Assembly (NCBI GenBank): GCA_963693055.1
Contig: OY843751.1
Coordinates: 4,128,001 to 4,192,000, forward strand
DNA from: a bacterium
GTDB taxonomy: Bacteria; Zhuqueibacterota; Zhuqueibacteria; Residuimicrobiales; Krinioviventaceae
Direction of reading: 5' to 3'
DNA length: 64,000 bases
Below are positions 46,767 through 57,674 of this stretch, piece by piece. Made by a program: the position numbers and the translations under genes. A model generated the notes under the pieces. The model worked only from the letters and a program-made list of their open reading frames with translations, made no database searches and was not told the origin of the DNA. Numbering within the stretch: the stretch's first letter is position 1; each line of letters begins with the position of its first letter.

Positions 46767-48014
46767 TTAAAAACTGTAAATCAAAGAAACACGTTTAAAC
46801 AAGTTGCCGCTTGTTGAATAATCCTTGCCACTGATTATAAAGGGTCCATTGTGCAAAAAGTCAGCACCTGAATTGGTATCAAGCGCGACATCAATTTTTA
46901 GATTGCGCAAGCGGAAATAGAGCCCCAAATTGGCTGTATAATTGTTAAAGTATTCATTGTACTCGTCAAGCTCATCAGCGCTAACAGCAGACTTCATGGT
47001 CATCTTTTCAATCAATTTGTACATAGACATCCGGAAACCCAGCCAGTGGTACAATTCAGCTTCCATACCAATATTAACAAATGGTAAAATAGTATTACCG
47101 CTTTCCGGTTGAACACCAGCATCTCCAGTAAAAAATGATTTTTCAGTTGATGAGGAGCTACGCATCATACCGGTTGCACAGGTTACCAATACTTTTTCAC
47201 GGGGAACAATATCAAAACCAACTCCAGCTGTGAAACTACTCTGTTTATCAAGCAATGATTTAATGGGATCGTTGACATGATTTGGATCACCTGCTAGTAC
47301 ATCTTGATCAACTGCATACTTATACCCATAACCATCATTTGTAAAATTCAAAAAGGGTACAAGAACAACTTTATTTGTCATAGAGTACAGATAACGGGCG
47401 GTAAAGCTAATGGTGCGATGACCATTGGGTTCGCGATAAATGGCAGCATCACGAGATGTGTCTTCCCACTGAAAATCTCTGCCTGTGTATGAAAAAGAAG
47501 CATCCAGCTGATTGCGGGAATCCGGTTTGTAACTCACTCCGCCTTCAAATAAAGTGCTAGACAAGTGACCGTTTTGACTAACATCGTTTACAGGATCAGA
47601 ATACTCGCCCTTGTTTGTATAAGACGCCAAATGAACACCATAATTAAAATCTCCTGCACGATATCCAACCAGAATATCCATCTTTTGAGTGGCAACATAA
47701 CCGGCAAGCTGAGGATCAGTATACGCGATTGTACGCGTATCATCTGTCAGATACAATCCCAGGCTGATCTGTGATGTAATGGGCAAGTTTACACCACCAC
47801 CGGCAAGAGGATTACCTGTGTAGGATTCCATAAAAACATTATTGTCATAGTTAACCAGCGTTGAAGGGAACAGCCAAATATTATAACTATCAATCACATA
47901 ATAATTGGCAAGATAACCCAGTGACTGAACACGGGTACCACTGGCAGATAAAGGTGCGGCTGCTGTTAACAGCAAACATAGAACGAGGAGCACAATTTTC
48001 AAGGTTTTCATCAA
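46767..48014 (-). CDS. Outer-membrane beta-barrel protein
   Basis: Signal peptide; TRVQSLG N-terminal plug-like segment; alternating beta strands; C-terminal VSLIYSF. Confidence 0.7.
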   Translation of the reverse strand: MMKTLKIVLLVLCLLLTAAAPLSASGTRVQSLGYLANYYVIDSYNIWLFPSTLVNYDNNVFMESYTGNPLAGGGVNLPITSQISLGLYLTDDTRTIAYTDPQLAGYVATQKMDILVGYRAGDFNYGVHLASYTNKGEYSDPVNDVSQNGHLSSTLFEGGVSYKPDSRNQLDASFSYTGRDFQWEDTSRDAAIYREPNGHRTISFTARYLYSMTNKVVLVPFLNFTNDGYGYKYAVDQDVLAGDPNHVNDPIKSLLDKQSSFTAGVGFDIVPREKVLVTCATGMMRSSSSTEKSFFTGDAGVQPESGNTILPFVNIGMEAELYHWLGFRMSMYKLIEKMTMKSAVSADELDEYNEYFNNYTANLGLYFRLRNLKIDVALDTNSGADFLHNGPFIISGKDYSTSGNLFKRVSLIYSF

Positions 48015-48249
48015 AGCCTCCTGTAAACATTTTCAAATGAAAATGATTAATTTTTTTGGGCATCTATTAATACCCGTCACTATAATGGAATGCCTCAAGA
48101 TAACTTATTATTCCTATAAAATCAAGAAAAATTACTTAACAACATAAAAAACTTGACGTTAGCCCAAAAACACCATTTCAAAAATTTCCAGCTTGAAATC
48201 ATCAGAAATAAATACTATTTTTAACTATCCCAAAAATGAGGACACAAAT

Positions 48250-49221
48250 ATGCTGAAATTAATCCGGTTGTACTCGCTTTTAATCCTGTTTGCAACAATA
48301 GCTTGCGTAAAATCAACACAAAACACAATCCCTCAACGTCCCGAAATAATTAAACTCGGCACAATTGATTGTGATCTGGTAGAAACAACCCCCATTGTAT
48401 TTAATGAAAAAGTTTGGCGTTTTGAATATGTTAGAATCAAATATGCGCACAATACTACCGGAGATTCCTATTTCCGTTTCATCAATCACGAAACCGGTCA
48501 AGCGACTCCCCCTTTTGCTCAAGGCTACCATTTGGGCAGTGCGTTTGTTAATAAAGATTCCGTATATGTCAGTTGTGTAGATATATGGGATGGTGAGATC
48601 ATTCAACTGTTTGTCTCGGCAGATCTTGAACACTGGACCACCCGCACCGCATTAAATTTGCCAGGCTATGGAATTTTCAACACATCCATGTGTAAAGCAG
48701 ATAATCGTTTTGTTCTCATGTATGAAATTGGCAAACCCCAATCAAAAGCCGGTGTTCGCTTTACCGCAAACTTTGCAGAATCACAAGACCTCTTGAATTG
48801 GAAAACCTTGCCTGCAGAATGTAATTATGCGCAAGATCGTTATACCGCGCCCCATGCATTGCGCTACCTTGATGGATATTTTTATGACTTTTATCTCGAA
48901 GCCCATGAAGGATATGAAATGCGGGTTGTACGCTCAAAAGATCTGATCAACTGGCATCCAAGTCCTTTCAATCCTGTTCTCAAGGCATCAGATAAAGACA
49001 AACAGATTGCAAATCCCGGGCTGACAGAGAATGAGCGTGAACGCATCTTAAATGCTAAAAACATTAACAATTCTGACATTGACTTTTGTGAATTCAAGGG
49101 AAAACTGATCATCAATTACTCGTGGGGTAACCAGCGAGGCAAAGAATTCCTTGCGGAAGCAGAGTACAAAGGTACGCTAGAACAATTTCTAACAGGATGG
49201 TTTCCAAAGACAGACCAATAA
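48250..49221 (+). CDS. Lipoprotein, glycoside-hydrolase-like beta-propeller
   Basis: IAC lipobox; repeated S-x-DL-x-x-W boxes; SPFNPVL; NNSDID. Confidence 0.55.
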   Translation: MLKLIRLYSLLILFATIACVKSTQNTIPQRPEIIKLGTIDCDLVETTPIVFNEKVWRFEYVRIKYAHNTTGDSYFRFINHETGQATPPFAQGYHLGSAFVNKDSVYVSCVDIWDGEIIQLFVSADLEHWTTRTALNLPGYGIFNTSMCKADNRFVLMYEIGKPQSKAGVRFTANFAESQDLLNWKTLPAECNYAQDRYTAPHALRYLDGYFYDFYLEAHEGYEMRVVRSKDLINWHPSPFNPVLKASDKDKQIANPGLTENERERILNAKNINNSDIDFCEFKGKLIINYSWGNQRGKEFLAEAEYKGTLEQFLTGWFPKTDQ

Positions 49222-49533
49222 AAAAAGCTATTTTTAGAAAAATTTATTCTTAAAAAGCTATTTTTTACTAAAAATCTGATAAAAAAATAATATTTATTCA
49301 AAATAATAAAACTTTTTGTTGCATTTGAATAATAAATAGTGTAACTTTGTAAACTAAATAACTGTACGCCGTTTTTATGCTAGTTAGAAAAATTTGTTTA
49401 CAAAAAATTTTATAAAAAGTTCAAAAAAAAGATTATCGCTGCGAAGAGCGTAATGCTGTTCAATGCGATTTTTTTTTGTCGATACAGCAAAAAAAAGTGT
49501 ACAAAGTTTTATTTTATCATGAAGGAAAGTACA

Positions 49534-49734
49534 ATGGAAAAAGGTACTGTAAAGTGGTTTAACGGTTCAAAGGGTTATGGCTTTATCACTAAAGAAGACG
49601 GCCAAGATGTGTTTGTTCATTTTAACGCCATCAATGGTGATGGATACAGAACATTAGATGAAGGCGATCAGGTAGAATTTGAAACCGAACAAGGCCAAAA
49701 AGGTTTGCAAGCGGCGAATGTAACTAAATTATAA
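49534..49734 (+). CDS. cspA: Cold-shock protein (CspA family)
   Basis: [21 protein letters not shown]; AAGGA RBS before ATG 49534. Confidence 0.95.
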   Translation: MEKGTVKWFNGSKGYGFITKEDGQDVFVHFNAINGDGYRTLDEGDQVEFETEQGQKGLQAANVTKL

Positions 49735-49752
49735 TTCTATATACTTGTAAGC

Positions 49753-49790
49753 AAAAGCCCTGTTAATTTTTTTACCAGGGCTTTCTTTTT
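49753..49790. terminator. Bidirectional terminator
   Basis: AAAGCCCTG/CAGGGCTTT stem with T-tract. Confidence 0.7.
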
Positions 49791-49812
49791 ATATACCTGT
49801 TACAATTGTCTG

Positions 49813-51540
49813 TTACCATCCCGCTATCTTGAATTTCACAATATCTTTGGGTGTCAACTTTTCACTCCCCCTTGCTTTCTGTATGGATTTCACATAGGCT
49901 TTATCTACACCATGGATTTTAAAATCTATTAATTCAGATATGGTAATATCATTCAACCCGGTTGAATGAATATCTTTAATATATTGGGAATCAATACCAT
50001 GAATTTTCATTTCTATAAGCTTGGATTTACTTGTATTTTTGTATCCATATTTACCAAGCACTGTAATCATTTCCGGATCAATTCCCTGTATTTTAAAATC
50101 AACAACATCAGATAATGTTACATTTTTCAAACCCGCATTCTGAAGCTCTCTGACATAGTCCGGAGATACGCCATGAATTTTCATTTCTATAATTTTCGAA
50201 TACTTGATATCTGAAAAACCCAGCTTAACAAATGCATTTACATAAAAAGGCTCAACGCCATGAATTTTAAATTCTTCAAGCTGTTCAAGCGTTAAATTTT
50301 CAAGCCCTGTCTTGTGCATTTCAATAATATAGTCTGGTTCCACTCCATGAATCGTTAAATCTACAACTGTTGAGGCCGGCATATCTTTATAGCCCAAGTC
50401 ACCAAGCGCTTTTAACAATTCAGGCTCCACGCCATGCATTTTGAATTCAACCAGTTTCGAAATGGGTAGCGCTTCAAATCCCATCTGCTGCATTTCGCGA
50501 ATGTATTGCGGACGAATATCATGAATTTTCAATTGAATAATTTCAGAATTTTTAATTTGATCATAACCCAACGCTGTAATCCCTTTAACAAATTCGGGCT
50601 CCACGCCATGCATTTTAAATTCGGTCAATTGTTCAAGAGTGAAATTTTTTAATCCCGCATTGTGCATCTTTTTAATATAATCGGGTGAAACATCCTGTAT
50701 TGTCAAATCAACAATTTGTGAAAGAGATATATCATGATAGCCCAATTCATCTAGTGCTTTTACTAATTCGGGTTTTACATCATGTATTTTAAATTCAACC
50801 AGCTTGGAGATTGAAAGCTGATGAAAACCGGCAATATCCATTTCCTGAATATAGCCTGTACTTACACCATGAATCTTGAACGCAACCAAATCTTCAGCAT
50901 CCACATTTTTGTATCCCATAGCCGCAAGGGATTGAATAAAATCCAGATCTACACCATGAATCCGAAAACTTACCAAATCATCTGCACTCAAATCCCGGTA
51001 TCCATATTGATGGAGCGATTTAATAAAATCGATACTGACATTAAAAATAGCAAAAGAAACAAGATCTTTGCTGTTTATTCTTTCATACCCAAGTTTTTTC
51101 AAATCATGAACATATTTTTTATCAATATTACCAAGGCACAAATGCATCAACTGTGTGTCTGACACATCACCAGAAAGGTTCTTTTGCAAAAAGGATTCAA
51201 ATTCCGAATTTGCAATAAACTCAAAAAGTCCAAAGCCTTTGTCTGCACTTGTTCTGCCATTCAATATCAACTTGCCGGCATCACTTTGCAGATAAAATGG
51301 GCCCTCACTGTTCTTGTTTAAATTTTGAAAATCTCTAAAACTGAACAAACCGCTGGTTTCCCACTCTTTCATATTAGACCAGGAACGTTCATTAAACATC
51401 AGTTTCAATTTTAAACTATCACCATTGAATCTAGCTACCCATTCCCCATTTATTGAACCGGCAAACAATTCCACGGACATGAACAACAAAAATATTCCCA
51501 TTTGTATCATTACTTGTTTTTTCATAACATTACTCATCAA
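49813..51540 (-). CDS. Secreted protein with about 15 tandem 29-aa helical repeats
   Basis: Signal peptide; repeat L-x-x-F-K-I-H-G-V-x-P-x-Y/F-I-x-x-L/M-x-x-x-G-Y/L. Confidence 0.75.
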   Translation of the reverse strand: MMSNVMKKQVMIQMGIFLLFMSVELFAGSINGEWVARFNGDSLKLKLMFNERSWSNMKEWETSGLFSFRDFQNLNKNSEGPFYLQSDAGKLILNGRTSADKGFGLFEFIANSEFESFLQKNLSGDVSDTQLMHLCLGNIDKKYVHDLKKLGYERINSKDLVSFAIFNVSIDFIKSLHQYGYRDLSADDLVSFRIHGVDLDFIQSLAAMGYKNVDAEDLVAFKIHGVSTGYIQEMDIAGFHQLSISKLVEFKIHDVKPELVKALDELGYHDISLSQIVDLTIQDVSPDYIKKMHNAGLKNFTLEQLTEFKMHGVEPEFVKGITALGYDQIKNSEIIQLKIHDIRPQYIREMQQMGFEALPISKLVEFKMHGVEPELLKALGDLGYKDMPASTVVDLTIHGVEPDYIIEMHKTGLENLTLEQLEEFKIHGVEPFYVNAFVKLGFSDIKYSKIIEMKIHGVSPDYVRELQNAGLKNVTLSDVVDFKIQGIDPEMITVLGKYGYKNTSKSKLIEMKIHGIDSQYIKDIHSTGLNDITISELIDFKIHGVDKAYVKSIQKARGSEKLTPKDIVKFKIAGW

Positions 51541-51605
51541 TTTTAAAATTACTGTCTTCCTGCAGGCCGGGTTTCAATAAGATAAACCAGTATTCATCCA
51601 AAAAG

Positions 51606-52403
51606 TTACAACAAGGTCAGAATGCTTTTCTCAATTTTATCCCGTACGTTTTGATCAAGATCCCGATTAGCAAGAAGCTGCTCAAAAGAATATATCGACT
51701 CTTTTTCATGACAAGATACCATTATATCCGCCAGCATTAACAATACCTGGGAGTCCTTTTGAACATTGATGGCATGCACCAATCCTTCCCTCACCATAGG
51801 GTACTCACTGAACCGCGCCAGTGACTGTACTGCCATTAGTCGCACATCCATATTGGGATCACTATTCAATGTCATAAGCAGCGCGTGCACTATAGCAACG
51901 CCCAAAGTATCCAGATCACTTACTCTGCTTACACCCTGTAACCGCTGCACCGCAGATGGATGCTGGATAAGCGTCAACGTCACGAGCTGTTTCATATCAC
52001 TCATTTCTGTTTGCATGGTATTTAAACGGTGCTCATAATCAGTTTGGGGTGTAAACCGTCCTCCCAAAAACCAACCGGTCATCAAGAGTACCAAGCTGTA
52101 TACAGCAACAGCAAACACCCTGGGAGAAAAATCCAAAAAGGCTCTAAATCCCAAAAACCAGTTCAAAAACCTTTCGTCCTTGTGTTCCTGCATTGCGAGC
52201 ATATCATAAAAGCGGGTATCCAATCTCTCACTGGGCTCAGGTACATCAAGTTTATCCAGGTTTTCATTCACAGATTCGAGCGACTCAAACTCTTTCATAT
52301 CGTAACCGGCTTTAATCAATGCAGCCTCTAGCCGATGTCGTTCATCAGAACCCGGACGGCTCTCCAGATATGCCAATACCAATAATTCTATATTTTTATC
52401 CAT
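51606..52403 (-). CDS. Putative anti-sigma factor with TM and HEAT-repeat domain
   Basis: Overlaps the ECF sigma stop; VPEPSERLDTRF, a TM segment, and LNSDPNMDVRLMAVQSL HEAT motif. Confidence 0.75.
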   Translation of the reverse strand: MDKNIELLVLAYLESRPGSDERHRLEAALIKAGYDMKEFESLESVNENLDKLDVPEPSERLDTRFYDMLAMQEHKDERFLNWFLGFRAFLDFSPRVFAVAVYSLVLLMTGWFLGGRFTPQTDYEHRLNTMQTEMSDMKQLVTLTLIQHPSAVQRLQGVSRVSDLDTLGVAIVHALLMTLNSDPNMDVRLMAVQSLARFSEYPMVREGLVHAINVQKDSQVLLMLADIMVSCHEKESIYSFEQLLANRDLDQNVRDKIEKSILTLL

Positions 52404-52926
52404 GATTCATATTTTCCATTTGTAAATAAATATCTTTTAATTCATTCAATGCCCGGAACACCTTGATCTTGACATTTCCTTCCGAGCAGTTTAGTATCTT
52501 TCCTATCTCTTTGTATTTTAATCCCTGATATTTACTCAAAATTAATATTTCACGTTTATTTTTGTCCAGTTTATTCAGTGCTTTATCAAGCATTTGCAGA
52601 TTTTCTTTTTGAATATATTGTGTGTCATGATCAAAATCGTCCTCCAGTTCCGCTTCCAACTTTTCCGGCATGTCCTTGTATCGGTTATTCTTGCGGGTGT
52701 GATCAACAAAAACATTATGCGCTATCTGGTACATCCAGGCTGAAAAAGAACCATATCCTGAAAACCTTTGTCTGTATTTTAACATGCTCATAAACACATT
52801 CTGAACAAGGTCTTCGCTGCTTTGATGGTTCCGCGTCAAACGAAAAAAATATGCAAACAAATTCTGTTTATAACGTTCAAACAGAATTGCCAGTTTATCT
52901 GTCTCTCCGGATTTTACCCAAAGCAT
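52396..52926 (-). CDS. ECF RNA polymerase sigma factor
   Basis: EDLVQNVF, FSAWMYQIAHN, LKYKEIGKIL..NVKIKVFRA. The start may lie a few codons further upstream. Confidence 0.92.
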   Translation of the reverse strand: MLWVKSGETDKLAILFERYKQNLFAYFFRLTRNHQSSEDLVQNVFMSMLKYRQRFSGYGSFSAWMYQIAHNVFVDHTRKNNRYKDMPEKLEAELEDDFDHDTQYIQKENLQMLDKALNKLDKNKREILILSKYQGLKYKEIGKILNCSEGNVKIKVFRALNELKDIYLQMENMNHG

Positions 52927-52990
52927 AATCTCTATATCGGAATACAGTCCAGACCTCCAATTATAATAATATCACACATTGATATTATTA

Positions 52991-53018
52991 TAAACTGATC
53001 TTTATTAAAAAGGTTACA
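52991..53018 (-). promoter_or_regulatory. Putative ECF-type autoregulated promoter
   Basis: Minus strand reads TGTAACC-N16-GTTTA, an AAC/-35 and GT/-10 arrangement. Confidence 0.4.
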
Positions 53019-53155
53019 GCAAACACATATTTTTCTTACTGAATGCGAACAAATTTTATTTCTATTATACCAAAATATTTTTTATATTTACACACTTTTG
53101 GTGGGTCAAATCAATATATATTAAAACAATATTCAAGCGAATATCGGGAGCAAAA

Positions 53156-53695
53156 ATGCCCAAATGTAAAATAGTATTATTTATCATCTTTACACTATTT
53201 TTATCATCCACAGCTTTTTCACAATATTATAATAACAGCGAAAAAGGGAATCTGGGGCTGGGTGTACAGCTCAGTTATCCTTTCTACGGAGTCAGCGCGC
53301 AGTTGAATTTTATTGATAGAATAGGTATCCAGGGGATTTTTGGATTAAATTCAGACATTAAATCTTACAGCGGTAAATTATCCTATAATGTAATACACAA
53401 TTATAATTACAATTTCTACGTCTATGGTGTTTATGGACGCTATGAATATACGGATTGGGCTTTTACCGGATTCTTATTATTGGAAGAGATAACTGAAAAA
53501 AAGAATGGTTATGGCTTTGGGTTTGGAGTTGATACCAATTATCTGAGCAACAAGGCCCTTGTCCCGGTATGGGCTAATTTTGAAGTGGGTTATGGTTATG
53601 TAGATTTCGAATACCTGAACTTTGACACTCCGGCCATTACAGTAGGTGTAGGTCTGCATTACTATTTTGATTTCAGCAATTCTTCAAATTTCTAA
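53156..53695 (+). CDS. Small outer-membrane beta-barrel protein
   Basis: Signal peptide; alternating Gly/aromatic strands; VGVGLHYYF. Confidence 0.65.
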   Translation: MPKCKIVLFIIFTLFLSSTAFSQYYNNSEKGNLGLGVQLSYPFYGVSAQLNFIDRIGIQGIFGLNSDIKSYSGKLSYNVIHNYNYNFYVYGVYGRYEYTDWAFTGFLLLEEITEKKNGYGFGFGVDTNYLSNKALVPVWANFEVGYGYVDFEYLNFDTPAITVGVGLHYYFDFSNSSNF

Positions 53696-53761
53696 ACTTC
53701 TCTCTTGACTTTACTCTTGATTTCCTGCATTTCATAGAGTATAATATATAAACAGGAGGTT

Positions 53762-55462
53762 TTGATGAAAATAACCAGGCAACTCTCTCTTTTAATATTT
53801 TTCCTGATCTCGAACACATTTGCTATTGGCGGCAGAACTCCTGTCTATGCTGAAAAAGGGATGGTGGTTACCAGTTCTCAACCGGCATCTCTGGCAGGCC
53901 TCTACGTTCTAAAAAATGGCGGCAATGCCATAGATGCTGCCATTGCAACGGCGTTTGCCATGTCTGTCACCTGGCCTCCTGCAGGCAATATCGCCGGGGG
54001 TGGTTTTATGGTTATTCATTTCCCCGATGGCAAAGTAACAACAATAGATTTTCGGGAAAAAGCCCCCCTCGCCTCTACTGGAAATATGTATCTCGATAAA
54101 AATGGCAAGATTAATAATAATAGCAACCATGACGGATTACTGGCAGTAGGTGTTCCCGGTACAGTAGCCGGTCTCTGGCTTGCGCACCAAAAATATGGCA
54201 GTACATCCTGGGGCGACCTTTTAGCACCTGCAATTGATCTTGCGGAAAACGGATTTCCCATGCCTCGTTCTGTTTATAATGATGTAACCGGTTATCTTGC
54301 CCCCTATCTCAATCAATGGCCATCAACCAAAGCCATCTTTTATAAAGACGAGAATTCTCCGGTTGCTCCCGGAGAAAACTGGCAGCAGCCGGATCTGGCA
54401 GCCACACTTAAACGCATCCAGGAAAAAGGGCACGATGGTTTTTACAAAGGAGAAACCGCACAAAAACTGGCAACGTTCATGCACGAGAATGGCGGTATCA
54501 TTACAGAGCAAGACCTTGCCGCGTATCAGGCAATTGAACGGAAACCAATTCACGGTACCTACAGGGGATACGATATTTACTCTATGCCCCCGCCAAGCTC
54601 CGGCGGAGTAGCAATTGTAGAAATGTTAAACATGCTCGAGCCATATAACCTTTCTGAAATGGAGCACAATTCAGCGCAATACCTTCATCTATTGACCGAA
54701 GTCATGCGACGTGCTTTTGCAGACCGCGCACAATATTTGGGTGATCCTGATTTTAATCCCAACATCCCTATCCAAATGCTTTTATCAAAAGAACATGCCG
54801 GCGAATTGAGAAAAACAATAGATCTCAACACCGCATCTAAAAGCGATTCTGCACTGTTCAATCAGGTGTATGAAAGTGATCAAACGACACATTTTGTAGT
54901 CATGGACGAACAAGGTACGGCAGTTTCCCTGACCTATACACTCGAACAAAGCTATGGTTCAAAAATCGTTGCGGAAGGGTTGGGCTTTTTACTCAATAAT
55001 GAAATGGGCGATTTTAATCCGGTACCCGGAATAACAAACACAAAAGGACAAATCGGTACCCCTCCAAACCGTATTGCCCCGGAAAAACGCATGCTCTCCA
55101 GCATGTCTCCCACAATAGTTGCCAGAGACGGAAAACCGGTACTGCTGATCGGTAGTCCCGGTGGACGTACCATAATAAATACAGTGCTACAAGTGATATT
55201 AAATGTAACAGATCATAATATGAATGTAGCTCAGGCCATTGAAGCCGGACGGATGCATCATCAATGGCAGCCGGATGTATCCCGGTTTGAAAAATTTGGT
55301 ATCTCACCAGACACCAAAGCCTTGTATGAAGACATGGGCCACCCATGCAAATGGATCAGCTCGCAGGGTTGCGCCATGGGCATCATGCTGGATCCCGAAA
55401 CAGGAACCATAACCGGTGCGTCTGACTCGCGTAGCTCCGAGGGTTGGGCAGCGGGTTATTAA
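53762..55462 (+). CDS. ggt: Gamma-glutamyltransferase
   Basis: GGNAIDAA, IDFREKAP, QTTHF (catalytic Thr), LNNEMGDF, LSSMSPT and GSPGG. Confidence 0.95.
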   Translation: MMKITRQLSLLIFFLISNTFAIGGRTPVYAEKGMVVTSSQPASLAGLYVLKNGGNAIDAAIATAFAMSVTWPPAGNIAGGGFMVIHFPDGKVTTIDFREKAPLASTGNMYLDKNGKINNNSNHDGLLAVGVPGTVAGLWLAHQKYGSTSWGDLLAPAIDLAENGFPMPRSVYNDVTGYLAPYLNQWPSTKAIFYKDENSPVAPGENWQQPDLAATLKRIQEKGHDGFYKGETAQKLATFMHENGGIITEQDLAAYQAIERKPIHGTYRGYDIYSMPPPSSGGVAIVEMLNMLEPYNLSEMEHNSAQYLHLLTEVMRRAFADRAQYLGDPDFNPNIPIQMLLSKEHAGELRKTIDLNTASKSDSALFNQVYESDQTTHFVVMDEQGTAVSLTYTLEQSYGSKIVAEGLGFLLNNEMGDFNPVPGITNTKGQIGTPPNRIAPEKRMLSSMSPTIVARDGKPVLLIGSPGGRTIINTVLQVILNVTDHNMNVAQAIEAGRMHHQWQPDVSRFEKFGISPDTKALYEDMGHPCKWISSQGCAMGIMLDPETGTITGASDSRSSEGWAAGY

Positions 55463-55517
55463 CAAGCTAACTTGATTTCATTTCAAAATGACAGTTACAT
55501 ATTTTTTAAAACAGTAA

Positions 55518-56363
55518 ATGATTGGAAAACATGTGAATATATGCAAAATGGGCATCGATCTGGGTGGGACAAAACTTTTATGTTTTGCAAATAATGGCGA
55601 CCAAATCTTTCAAGAAAAATTCACAACAGGAAACGCTGCTACAATAGAACAGATAAATAATTGTATATCAGAATTTATTATAAAACACAAAATCAATCCT
55701 GAAATCATGGGCATTGCTATTCCAGGTTTAATAGAAAATAATTCTCTCATTATTGAATCAGATGTCTTGCAAAACCTCAACAATTACGAAAGCAGTGATT
55801 TCCTCCCGGAATTTCGTATACCTAAAATTTTGCTCAATGATGTAGATGCATCCGCTATTTATGCTAAAATGCAATATCCGGATAAACAATTTATCCTTTC
55901 TGTAATGGCAGGCACCGGCATTGGTTTAGGTATCTATATCAATAACAAGCTTTTCAAAGGTAGAAATGGGTTTGCCGGTGAGTTGGGGTACATGCCACTA
56001 CCGACATTGAATGGCACCAAAAATCTCGACCAACTTGCCTCAGGCACTTCAATCCTTGAATCTTTTGCAGGTGATGCAGTAGCCCTCTCACATGCATTAG
56101 AATCAAATGATGCGAATGCGGTACAAATTATTGACAGAGCAGCTACTCATCTGGGTATTGCACTTGCAGGCTTGATTAACATCTTTAATCCTGATTTGCT
56201 GGCAATTGGTGGAGGTACATGTAGATTCCTGAATTATTTTGATATTTGCAAAAACACAGTAATTGAAAACACAAATCCATTTCTTTTAAAAGATCTTGAT
56301 ATTGTATTAATTGAAACGAATTTGAATGTGGCTAAAGGTGCTTTACAATTTGCACAATTATAA
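55518..56363 (+). CDS. ROK-family sugar kinase
   Basis: GIDLGGTK, NDVDA, GTGIG and GFAGELGY. Confidence 0.9.
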   Translation: MIGKHVNICKMGIDLGGTKLLCFANNGDQIFQEKFTTGNAATIEQINNCISEFIIKHKINPEIMGIAIPGLIENNSLIIESDVLQNLNNYESSDFLPEFRIPKILLNDVDASAIYAKMQYPDKQFILSVMAGTGIGLGIYINNKLFKGRNGFAGELGYMPLPTLNGTKNLDQLASGTSILESFAGDAVALSHALESNDANAVQIIDRAATHLGIALAGLINIFNPDLLAIGGGTCRFLNYFDICKNTVIENTNPFLLKDLDIVLIETNLNVAKGALQFAQL

Positions 56364-56447
56364 AAAGTAATTGAATATGATTTTTATTCTGTTTTAATTG
56401 TATAACGGATAGTTTTATATTATTAAAAAACAAAAAGGACTCATCCT

Positions 56448-57614
56448 ATGAAACCAATTCCATTAACTCCAATAGAATATATATTTACCGGTGCCGGCTC
56501 TCAGCCCATTACCTTTGCTTTCTATTATAAAGAGCACCTAAACCCGGAACTGCTCATGGGTCATTTAAAAGAAACGCTGGAACAGTTCCCCATTTTATCC
56601 AGCAGACTCGTTAAAATCTCGGAACAGGAATACGGATTCAAATACGAGCAGGATGCCCTAACATTTCTAGTTCGCACTTCAGGACCCGATTTTGATGAAA
56701 CATCAAGCGTTCTGAATTATATTGAACCTATCCAAACCATAGAGGATGCACCTCTCGCCCGCATCACGTTAACCCAAACAGAAAACGGATCGGTTCTGGC
56801 GGCTAGTATCTCTCACGCGCTTGTAGATGGATTCAGTTTTTTCCATTTTTTATCAACCTGGGCCAGAAATACACGTAATGACCGCTCATTGCCGCCATCA
56901 CTCGATCGTACAACTTTTGATCATCACCTGCATTCCAATCCATTTGAAAAAATTACAGCTAAAAAAATTCTTGAGCAAAGTGGATTGTTTTTCGGAGAAA
57001 AACGGATGGAAACAGATCCATTATCCGTTCAACAGGAAAGAGAATTTATTTCCATAGAAACCATCCGAACACATTTACTCAAATTCAAAAAAATTAATCC
57101 AGATATTTCTTTGACCGACAATGATATCATAACCGCCATGTTGTGGAAAAAATATGTACCCCAATGGTGCCATACAAATATCCCGGAAACTTTTATTACC
57201 TGCCCTGTCGATTTACGCAGGGTTGTAAAACCGCTTTCGAGAAATTACCTGGGCTGCGCAATAGCGTTTGCTACTGCTTCAATAAAACTAGAGGATTTAG
57301 AAAATAAAACCATTGGCGAAATTGCTGTTATTGTCAAAAATGCTGTCAAAAGTGTCAACACAGAAACAGCCATAGCAGCCATGCAAACGTTGGATATTTT
57401 TAGAAAAGAAAACGGGCCACAAGCTTTTGAACATTTGCATCTCTGTCACCCCGGAAACGGTATGATTGTCACCAATCTAACCAGAATGCCGGTTCAGGAC
57501 ATTAACTTTACAGGTTCAGGACCCAAAGGTTATCTCACCTTTACCGATGTTTCCGGAGGTGCTGCTATACTTGCATCTGAAGACGGTGTAGAAGTTTTGG
57601 TATCAATGCCCTAA
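56448..57614 (+). CDS. CoA-dependent acyltransferase (HxxxDG; BAHD/transferase-like)
   Basis: HALVDGFS catalytic motif; PVDLR..NYLGCA; INFTGSGP at the DFGWG-equivalent position. Confidence 0.75.
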   Translation: MKPIPLTPIEYIFTGAGSQPITFAFYYKEHLNPELLMGHLKETLEQFPILSSRLVKISEQEYGFKYEQDALTFLVRTSGPDFDETSSVLNYIEPIQTIEDAPLARITLTQTENGSVLAASISHALVDGFSFFHFLSTWARNTRNDRSLPPSLDRTTFDHHLHSNPFEKITAKKILEQSGLFFGEKRMETDPLSVQQEREFISIETIRTHLLKFKKINPDISLTDNDIITAMLWKKYVPQWCHTNIPETFITCPVDLRRVVKPLSRNYLGCAIAFATASIKLEDLENKTIGEIAVIVKNAVKSVNTETAIAAMQTLDIFRKENGPQAFEHLHLCHPGNGMIVTNLTRMPVQDINFTGSGPKGYLTFTDVSGGAAILASEDGVEVLVSMP

Positions 57615-57674
57615 AACGTAATTTGTCTTTTTGTAATTTTTCCTAAAGATTAACTAAAATGAATCGAGGCAGCG

